In this document: piece by piece, positions 56,934-64,000 of the stretch
How positions within the stretch are numbered: the first letter of the stretch is position 1
Layout: every line of letters begins with the position of its first letter
Position numbers and translations under genes: made by a program
The notes under the pieces: generated by a model
Database searches by the model: none
Seen by the model: only the letters and a program-made list of their open reading frames with translations
Told to the model about the DNA's origin: nothing
Source of the DNA: Oscillospiraceae bacterium
Lineage (GTDB): Bacteria > Bacillota > Clostridia > Oscillospirales > CAG-272
Assembly (NCBI GenBank): GCA_015064385.1
Contig: SVSI01000002.1
Span: 65,315 to 129,314 of the forward strand
DNA length: 64,000 bases
Reading direction: 5' to 3'

Positions 56934-57995
56934 TTAGTAGCTTGTAAATCCGTTTATTCCCTCGTAGTTGCAAGGGAGTATCTCATTGCCGTTTTTATCT
57001 ATCACTCCGAACTTGGAGTCCTTGATAACTACAACGTATCCGTCGTCCGAGAAATCAAAGCCCGCAGCGTTCTCCGAATAGAAAAACTCGTATTTCGGCT
57101 CAATAACGTAGTTTCCGCTATGATCTATATATCCAACCTTTTTCGAGTCAAAGACAAGGGCAAGTCCGTTTGAGAAGGGCCCTGCATAGACGTACTTGTA
57201 ATCTATGACGAGACTACCGCTCATATCTATATATCCGAAAAGATTGTTCTCGTCTATAACGCGAGAAAGACCCTCGTAAAAATCGTCAGCACCCATTTGT
57301 CCCACAGCGGACACTATAGTACCCTTGGTATCTATAAAGCAGAGCGAACCCTGAAAAGCGACTCTGGCTATGCCGTTCTTGAAGGGGGCTGCCTCTTCGT
57401 AGTCAAAACCGATCTTCACTTTGCCCTTCTTATTTATGTATCCGCATTTACCGTCCTCGGTTTTTTTGACTCCCGCGAGTCCGTTTGAAAACTGAGTTGC
57501 CGCAACGTACTCGGCGTCTATTGCCATTTTGCCTTTTTTGTTAATATAGCCGAAACGTTCCCCGACCTGAACGCAGGCAAGTCCTTCGGAAAAATCGGCA
57601 CCGTAGCCGAACTCGGTATCGGTAATAAACTCGCCGCTTTTGTCGATATATCTGTATTTTTCATTCACCGAAACGCAAGCGCGGTCATCTATAAAACGGC
57701 GTCCTCCGTCGAACTTAAGATCGATCACAACGTCTCCGCTTGGGTTGATATAACCAAATTTTCCGTCTATACCGACGCAGGCAAGTCCACACGAAAATGC
57801 GGACGCTTCGTCGTATATCGCTTTTATTCTGAGGTGCCCGTTTGTGTCAGAATACCCCCACTTTCCGTCGATCTTGACGGCCACAAGTCCCTCGTTAAAG
57901 AGATCGTTCGTCGATTTTTCTTTCTTTGAGCAAGAAACGGCAAAAGGAAGGCACATCGCTAAGGCGAAAATAAAACAAAGTATTTTTTTGATCAT
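56934..57995 (-). CDS. WG-repeat (KWG) lipoprotein
   Basis: Lipoprotein signal ILCFIFALAMCLPFAVSC. About 10 repeats of the unit xGKWGYIDxxGxxVIxPxYDxA. Confidence 0.8.
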   Translation of the reverse strand: MIKKILCFIFALAMCLPFAVSCSKKEKSTNDLFNEGLVAVKIDGKWGYSDTNGHLRIKAIYDEASAFSCGLACVGIDGKFGYINPSGDVVIDLKFDGGRRFIDDRACVSVNEKYRYIDKSGEFITDTEFGYGADFSEGLACVQVGERFGYINKKGKMAIDAEYVAATQFSNGLAGVKKTEDGKCGYINKKGKVKIGFDYEEAAPFKNGIARVAFQGSLCFIDTKGTIVSAVGQMGADDFYEGLSRVIDENNLFGYIDMSGSLVIDYKYVYAGPFSNGLALVFDSKKVGYIDHSGNYVIEPKYEFFYSENAAGFDFSDDGYVVVIKDSKFGVIDKNGNEILPCNYEGINGFTSY

Positions 57996-58013
57996 AAGTA
58001 CGCTCTTTTTTCC

Positions 58014-58553
58014 TTAATCTATTTTTATAACGTAGTTTTCTTTGCGAGGACGCACTGCCGGCATATCTCCGTCCCTGTACCCGAGTATGCAGTTGCCTAC
58101 CCCGACGAAGTTTTCTGAAAGTCCCCACTTCTTCATAAGCTCCTTGCCCTCGCTCGATGAGAACATTTCTCTTGCGCGGTGTATCCAGCACGATCCGAGA
58201 CCGATAGCGTGCGCGGCGTTCATAAGATTGCCCAAAACGAGGCAAGCATCCTCAAATCCGGTGCTGACGCTCATATCGGCAAACACCACGACAACGCAAG
58301 GTGCGCCGTAAAAAGGATCCCCATCACTTCCGAGCACGTCAGCGTTCATTTTAGAGAGCTTTTTGACTATTTCTCGGTCGCGTATGGCTACCATCACGGG
58401 CGACTGTCTGTTTCTGCCGGTAGGCGCAAACTTTCCCGCCTCAAGTACTGTATCGAGCTCCTCGTCGCTTATCTGTTTATCTATGTATTTCTTTATACTT
58501 CTTCTGCCGTTTATAGAGTCGATTATATCGTTTTTTATCATTTTTGTCTCCAT
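58014..58553 (-). CDS. nitroreductase-family flavoprotein
   Basis: RRSIKKY, APTGRNRQSP and GLGSCWI motifs. 179 aa. Confidence 0.85.
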   Translation of the reverse strand: METKMIKNDIIDSINGRRSIKKYIDKQISDEELDTVLEAGKFAPTGRNRQSPVMVAIRDREIVKKLSKMNADVLGSDGDPFYGAPCVVVVFADMSVSTGFEDACLVLGNLMNAAHAIGLGSCWIHRAREMFSSSEGKELMKKWGLSENFVGVGNCILGYRDGDMPAVRPRKENYVIKID

Positions 58554-58554
58554 G

Positions 58555-59328
58555 TTAAATATGTTTCATAGCGCGCTCGGCAAAGCTGTGATCGCCTGCA
58601 CTGTTTATAACGGTTATTTTACCCTTCTCGCTGCTGTCGGACAGCAGTCCAAGCTCCGAAAGACGTCTCCTTGTTTGAAGAGCCGTACCGAGTCCGCCGT
58701 CAAAGATCCTGGCGTCGGGGAAAATTTCAGCTATCATATCCTCAATAAGCGGATAATGAGTACATCCGAGAACTATCGAATCGATATCCGTGCCCTCGAC
58801 CGAGGAGAAAAGCTTCTTCAAAAGAGCCCTTATATCGCTCTCGGGTGCGCCCGCCTCAATAAGGGACGCAAGTCCATCACAAGGTAGTGGTATTATAGAA
58901 GCGTTGGGATTATATTTTTGCGCAAGGGAGGTGAATTTCTCCTGCGAAAGAGTCAGCGGCGTTGCCATAACGAGAACTGTGGGATTTTCCTTTCCGCTTT
59001 GCGTAACTGCGGGCTTGACTGCGGGCTCGATACCTATGATCGGTATTCCGTCAAATTTTGCTCTGCACGTAGCGGCAGCGGCTCCGGTTGCCGTATTGCA
59101 GGCAATTACTACCGCCTTGACCGAATACTCCGCAAGCAGCATCTCTATATTTTTCACCGTGATATCGCAAATATCTTCACTCGTTTTCGAACCGTACGGA
59201 ACATTTGCCGTATCGCCGAAATATATATAGTCTTCGTTTGGAAGCTCGTGCATCAAGTGCCGAAGCACGCTAACTCCGCCAAGCCCTGAATCAAGGACCG
59301 CTATCGGTCTCTTTCCGATTTTATTCAT
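58555..59328 (-). CDS. murI: glutamate racemase
   Basis: IAVLDSGLGGVSV, VIACNTAT and LGCTHYP catalytic Cys motifs. Confidence 0.95.
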   Translation of the reverse strand: MNKIGKRPIAVLDSGLGGVSVLRHLMHELPNEDYIYFGDTANVPYGSKTSEDICDITVKNIEMLLAEYSVKAVVIACNTATGAAAATCRAKFDGIPIIGIEPAVKPAVTQSGKENPTVLVMATPLTLSQEKFTSLAQKYNPNASIIPLPCDGLASLIEAGAPESDIRALLKKLFSSVEGTDIDSIVLGCTHYPLIEDMIAEIFPDARIFDGGLGTALQTRRRLSELGLLSDSSEKGKITVINSAGDHSFAERAMKHI

Positions 59329-59348
59329 GTTTTTACCGTCCTATAACT

Positions 59349-61832
59349 TTACTGCTCTTTGTATGGTATGACCTTGATATTATCAAAAGCTCCTACTCCG
59401 CTCGAAAGGCGTACCCCGACCGCGCCCGTAAGGAAGGGATCCGGATCGGTATAGTCGATAACGAGCAATTCATCCAGATATACCTTGATATTAGGTCCGG
59501 TACAAACAACGGTGACGTTAACGCTCGTTGTTCCGTCCGTAGTGATTCTCGTGGATACGAGCTCCGTGTTAGAGAAGTTGCACTTTTCAAGAGCGACCTT
59601 GTTATTTGTGAAATGCAGATAGTAGCCCTGCATCCAGTCTGCTCCTTTGGTCGAGCCGTTTATTGACGGCTCGGTAAAAAATCCTCTTCCGCTCGCAAAC
59701 AGCCCGCTTTCGGCTGCATTTTTAGTTCTGAAAAGGAGCCCCATATCTATATTTTGGGCGAAGATTATCTTGCACCGGTAAGCATAGTCCGACCAGAGAG
59801 TGCTTCCGAACGTTCTCTTTCCGATTGCGCGACACTGGAGCTTGCCTGACGCATTTTCCCAGCTTACGCCGTCCGAATGAACGAGATGTTCATCGATGCT
59901 TCCATTATTAAAATCAAGTGTCATTTCTGCACTTTCGGTACGCAAGATCTCGTAAGATTTTATATCCGCATTGCCCGAGCGAACGTAAACGGTGATAACG
60001 TTCCGCCCCTTGGAAAGCATCAGCTTGCCCAGAGATACCTCCGTCATATATTTTGCATCTGTTGTACCGAGAGTAAGTGAGCGGGCAAGGACTCCGTTGA
60101 CGTATATATCGAGCTCGGTATTTTCCGTAGCGCGATATTTGACGCCAAATGAGTAAAGTCCGTCCTCTTCAGCATAAACACGGTAATTGAACGAGTTATC
60201 GGTATTTGCGGATACAAAGCTGCTACCGTCGTTATCACGTCCGATAAATGCCGTAATATCCTCGGTGCAAAGATTTGCGTTTATTCTGCCGCTGCTTGCT
60301 CCGACGGGCTTGTAATACTCACAATTACTACTTCCGCCGACCTCGTCAGAGGCACCAAAATATCCAAAGGACGCCTTTCCGCTCTCACAGATGAGACCAA
60401 CCTTCGTTCCCGAAAGAGTACTGTCGTATTTGCAAAGCTCCCTGTCGTTTACATAGAATGTAAATGTGTTTCCTGATTTTTCTATCTGTATGGCCTGAGT
60501 AGCACTGAAATCGTACGCCTCTCCAAAGCTTCTCACAAGTGCCTTCTTATAAATAGTCTTTGCTCCGTTCTTGACGAAGGTAACAACGAGCAACTCCTGT
60601 GCGCTGTCAAAAACCGCAGTTGCGTAGTTATTATCGTCACTGTATGCAAACACTGCACCCGCCATCGCGCCGCTTGACATATTTGCCGTGGTTATCTCGA
60701 GCGTGTATTTATCACCCGAAAGAGCTTTTTTCGTGATAAGCTTCGTGCCTCCGTTAAGATGCACTCTGCCATTCGAAAGATCTGCGCCTTCTACATTCTC
60801 AAATAAAGCGCCGTCTTCTCTACTGTCAAAAAAAGCATAGACGTCGGGCATTTCCGGAACGCATTGATTTTCTGAGGTCGGACCGAAAACGTCCATCGTC
60901 TGACCGTCGAAAACGATCCTGTCGATATTCATTCTTCTTTGTCCATTTTCCAGCTTTGAGTGATATACGATATAATAAGCATCGAGATTCGGCGCTTTTA
61001 CTGTGGAGCTGTGACCTGTTGCTGTTATCTCTCCCTTTGTGCTCACAAGAAGAATGTTATCATCCGGCTCAGTAAATGAGGTGGGCGAAGTTGTCGAAAC
61101 GCTGTACGGAATTCTGTACGCCGCGTTACGAACGTGATTGCCCGTATAGGTCATAAAGTAAACACCGTCGTGGTAAACCACCATTGGGCCCTCGGTCCAA
61201 CCTTTGTTTATCTGCGAAAGAGTTCCGATCTCATTCGTTATCGTGGTGGGAGAAGGCATTTCATAAAGCTTGATTCCTGCGCCGTTTGCCGAATAGAAAT
61301 ACCACTTTCCGTCGTTATCTATGAAAATGTGTCCGTCTATCTTACGGGCATAATTTCCTTCCAGTTGCTTGAAGGGCCCTGTCGGACTATCTGATATGAA
61401 AAATCTGTGTCCTGTACCACCGGGCGAGGTAACCATGATAAATTTTCCATTGTAGTAAGTAACCTCGGGAGCGTACGCAGAAAGTGCATCACAGTACGTG
61501 CCCGACTCGTGTACGCCGGACGGTATCTCATTCATCGAAACACATTCTATCTTTTCGGACCAGTGTACGAGATCCTCGGATACGTAAACGTACCATGGCG
61601 CATTGTTCTGTGCGCTCGGATAAAGATAATACTTTCCGTCATAGCGCATAACGAAGGGATCTCCAATAGATGCGCCGTCCAGATCAATATAATTGGAAAA
61701 AATTTCGCGTTCCTCTGACGTCAAATCAAAAATCGGTCCTTTCAATTCTTCTACCTCCTGTTCTTTGTGACATGAAAAAAGAAAGGGGATCATAAGGGAC
61801 ATAATCAGGAAAAAGGCGGCGGTCTTTTTCAT
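59349..61832 (-). CDS. GH43-like five-bladed-propeller glycosidase lipoprotein with C-terminal carbohydrate-binding / concanavalin-like domains
   Basis: Lipoprotein signal LIMSLMIPFLFSC. N-terminal GDPFVMRYDGKYYLY, APEVTYYNGKF and EGPMVVYHDGVYF are typical of GH43-type propellers. About 450 further beta-rich residues follow. Confidence 0.65.
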   Translation of the reverse strand: MKKTAAFFLIMSLMIPFLFSCHKEQEVEELKGPIFDLTSEEREIFSNYIDLDGASIGDPFVMRYDGKYYLYPSAQNNAPWYVYVSEDLVHWSEKIECVSMNEIPSGVHESGTYCDALSAYAPEVTYYNGKFIMVTSPGGTGHRFFISDSPTGPFKQLEGNYARKIDGHIFIDNDGKWYFYSANGAGIKLYEMPSPTTITNEIGTLSQINKGWTEGPMVVYHDGVYFMTYTGNHVRNAAYRIPYSVSTTSPTSFTEPDDNILLVSTKGEITATGHSSTVKAPNLDAYYIVYHSKLENGQRRMNIDRIVFDGQTMDVFGPTSENQCVPEMPDVYAFFDSREDGALFENVEGADLSNGRVHLNGGTKLITKKALSGDKYTLEITTANMSSGAMAGAVFAYSDDNNYATAVFDSAQELLVVTFVKNGAKTIYKKALVRSFGEAYDFSATQAIQIEKSGNTFTFYVNDRELCKYDSTLSGTKVGLICESGKASFGYFGASDEVGGSSNCEYYKPVGASSGRINANLCTEDITAFIGRDNDGSSFVSANTDNSFNYRVYAEEDGLYSFGVKYRATENTELDIYVNGVLARSLTLGTTDAKYMTEVSLGKLMLSKGRNVITVYVRSGNADIKSYEILRTESAEMTLDFNNGSIDEHLVHSDGVSWENASGKLQCRAIGKRTFGSTLWSDYAYRCKIIFAQNIDMGLLFRTKNAAESGLFASGRGFFTEPSINGSTKGADWMQGYYLHFTNNKVALEKCNFSNTELVSTRITTDGTTSVNVTVVCTGPNIKVYLDELLVIDYTDPDPFLTGAVGVRLSSGVGAFDNIKVIPYKEQ

Positions 61833-61898
61833 ATTTTCCTCCGAACCTATTGTTTTACGTTATTATATCATATTTGTACTCCGTTTGCAAGACACACC

Positions 61899-62699
61899 TT
61901 AAAACTCACTAAAAAATCGTTTTCTATACGACTTCGGTGACATTCCGGTATATTTTTTGAAAATTCGGCTGAAATAGCAAAAATCGACAAATCCGCTCTG
62001 CTCTGCCACCTCGGATATGCTAAGCCATTCCAGTGCGAGAAGCTCTTTGGCTCTATCTATTTTAAGGTTTATCAGGTAAGTTTGGGGAGAGACCCCGTTG
62101 TATTTGAAGAAAAGTCTCCTGAAATATGCAGGACTGAGTTCTACGTACTGCGCGGCTTTGGAAACTGTCAGAGAGCAGTCCGTTCTGTTTCGCGACATAT
62201 ATTCGCACGCAGATACTATCTTTTCCTTCATTTTCGAGCCGATATACTCTTTTTGCGCACTTTTCATAACGCTTAAGTATATCTCGCACAGTGAAATAAG
62301 CGTTTCGGTCAAATATCCATTTCCCTTTTTACTCCATATTTCGGACGCACGGCAAAAGTTTTTTTCACATTCGGGGATTTTTCCGAAATTTTCGCTGACA
62401 AAAGCTGTATTTTCGTCTTCGGCAAGAAAATTTATAGCGATAAATGCATAGTTCTCACTCTTGACGTCCATATCGTATCCCGAGCCCTTCGCAAGATAAA
62501 AAACGTCTCCGCTACTTGCGGTAAAGCTTGACTTATCTCTAAAAAAATAGTCACATTCACCTGATATTATATATAAAAGTCCGTGAAAACGTCTTGTGGC
62601 GGAAAAAGGAATCTTCCTTTTGGAAAGCTTTCCCTGCCACGCGTTTTCTATCTTAGTGATCTGTATTTCTTTGTGTGTAATACCTATGATACCGCTCAT
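61899..62699 (-). CDS. AraC-family transcriptional regulator
   Basis: Cupin-like N-terminus and a C-terminal HTH (LTVSKAAQYVELSPAYFRRLFFKYNGVSPQTYL...SGFVDFCYFSRIFKKYTGMSPKSY). Confidence 0.85.
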   Translation of the reverse strand: MSGIIGITHKEIQITKIENAWQGKLSKRKIPFSATRRFHGLLYIISGECDYFFRDKSSFTASSGDVFYLAKGSGYDMDVKSENYAFIAINFLAEDENTAFVSENFGKIPECEKNFCRASEIWSKKGNGYLTETLISLCEIYLSVMKSAQKEYIGSKMKEKIVSACEYMSRNRTDCSLTVSKAAQYVELSPAYFRRLFFKYNGVSPQTYLINLKIDRAKELLALEWLSISEVAEQSGFVDFCYFSRIFKKYTGMSPKSYRKRFFSEF

Positions 62700-62859
62700 T
62701 TTTATATCACCGTCCTTTTATTTCATTATAAATCATACTTGTTAAAAAATCAAGGTATTTGGGTAAATTATAAGCGAAAAGTCCAAAAGTGTCTATATGT
62801 CTATTTACATTTATAACGCGAGATGCTATCATATCCCGTGAAAGGTGGCGAGTTTTTAT

Positions 62860-64000
62860 ATGAGAAAAATTTCTCTTGATACCTATCGCGAAAAAACATC
62901 GGATATTATTTCGACCGTTGACACAAAGTACACCGATGGTCTTGACACTAAAAAGATAATAGATGCTATTCACGAAAAAACAAGTGACGTCTCTGAACCT
63001 CCCATTATTACAATGGCGAAAAACGAGGCGTTTATACTCAAAAACGCGAAGATAAGCGTAAATCCATACGAGATCTTCACGCACTACCTTGACGCGCGTG
63101 AGAGTGCGCAATTCATCCGCGACGAGCGTCACGGCAAAAATATGATACCTCTGCGCCCGCATACGCCGAGAATTTATATCGACGGAAACTCTTGCCTTGC
63201 ATACACGGCAGGGCCCGATTTCGGTCACACGGCATGCTACTGGGATGACGTCCTTTCGCTTGGATTTGTCGGTCTGCTTGACCGCGCAAGAAAATATTCC
63301 AAGAGTTACGCGGAAAACGACGTCGAGGCGCACGATTTCATAAAATCGCTCGAGATAGTTTATGACGGCATATTCGCCTACCTCGACCGCCTTACATCAC
63401 TTTACGAAAAGGTCGCAATCGAGGAGGGTGACGGTTTTGCGCGAGAGAATTCAGCCGAGATAGCAAAGACCGTCAGAGCGCTTTCCGAAAGAGCACCCGA
63501 AACTCTGCGTGAAGCGATGCAAATGATATTTCTCTATTACAACGTACAGCAAAAGGCGGAAGCGGCGACCCTTCGCACACTCGGTCCGTTAGACGTACTT
63601 CTATACCCCTATATGCTTTCCGATATGGAGAATGGCATTCTTAATGAAGACGGAGTGCGAGAGCTTGTAGATGCGTTTTTGCTTACCTGCTATTGTGAAA
63701 AGATCGCGGCAAATATTCCCTTTGCCATTGCGGGTGTTGACAAAAACGGGCATTCGCGCGCAAACAAAATGAGCTATATAATTTTAGAGGAATATATAAA
63801 GCTTAATATCCATGACCCGAAGATACATTTCTGCTATTCAAAGGACACTCCGTCCGACCTCGTGCGTCTCGCCCTCGAAAGCGTTCGTCTCGGACGAAAC
63901 AGTATCGTTTTTATCAACTGTGACGTCGCGTCCGACGCGCTGACGGCACTCGGTGAGGACAGAGAGGACACTCTCGATTTCACGATCGTCGGCTGCTACG
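62860..64000 (+). CDS. PFL-like (pyruvate formate-lyase / glycerol dehydratase family) glycyl-radical-type enzyme, N-terminal 380 aa only
   Basis: Own translation from ATG 62860: MRKISLDTYREKTSDIIS...PETLREAMQMIFLYYNV...PFAIAGVDKNG...RLGRNSIVFINCDV...FTIVGCY. The order of blocks resembles the PFL2 family. It runs off the window, so the Gly-radical motif is not visible. Confidence 0.6.
   Translation, partial: MRKISLDTYREKTSDIISTVDTKYTDGLDTKKIIDAIHEKTSDVSEPPIITMAKNEAFILKNAKISVNPYEIFTHYLDARESAQFIRDERHGKNMIPLRPHTPRIYIDGNSCLAYTAGPDFGHTACYWDDVLSLGFVGLLDRARKYSKSYAENDVEAHDFIKSLEIVYDGIFAYLDRLTSLYEKVAIEEGDGFARENSAEIAKTVRALSERAPETLREAMQMIFLYYNVQQKAEAATLRTLGPLDVLLYPYMLSDMENGILNEDGVRELVDAFLLTCYCEKIAANIPFAIAGVDKNGHSRANKMSYIILEEYIKLNIHDPKIHFCYSKDTPSDLVRLALESVRLGRNSIVFINCDVASDALTALGEDREDTLDFTIVGCY

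Noticed and set aside
62707-63333. 208-aa minus-strand ORF
   Set aside because: It is antisense to the PFL-like gene and overlaps the AraC-PFL promoter region. It has no RBS.

Overview
The window reads as a ~50% G+C chromosomal segment from a Firmicutes/Clostridia-type bacterium. That assignment is an inference from gene content, AGGAGG-type ribosome-binding sites and TTGACA-17-TGnTATAAT promoters. Most of it is conserved housekeeping. This includes rpoB-rpoC, rpsT, the CIRCE-controlled hrcA-grpE-dnaK-dnaJ-prmA operon, ssrA (tmRNA) with smpB, holB-ricT-rsmI, rlmN-stp-prkC, lepA-hemW, ychF and murI. Accessory content is as follows. (1) An AraC-controlled unsaturated-uronate locus, with kduI read in frame with an upstream discoidin-like ORF, kduD and two tandem GH88 genes. 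(2) A truncated lipoprotein serpin. (3) A BspA-type LRR lipoprotein. (4) A tandem glycine riboswitch in front of an alanine/glycine:cation symporter. (5) An uncharacterised 635-aa protein translationally coupled to a DMT transporter. (6) A GH43 multidomain lipoprotein. (7) A truncated PFL-like glycyl-radical-type enzyme. The most unusual signals are not in the housekeeping genes. A ~50-nt palindromic intergenic element with covarying stems occurs at least 6-7 times, usually as back-to-back inverted pairs. One such pair is split by an AT-rich 1.3-kb three-gene cassette (XRE regulator, 4-TM protein, DUF5067-like secreted protein) that carries the same 24-nt hairpin at both ends. An orphan duplicate of the ssrA 3' end lies 195 bp downstream of ssrA and looks like an integration scar. 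A 65-aa membrane-anchored peptide has a CxCxC-rich tail. No rRNA, tRNA, CRISPR array, transposase or integrase gene was seen.
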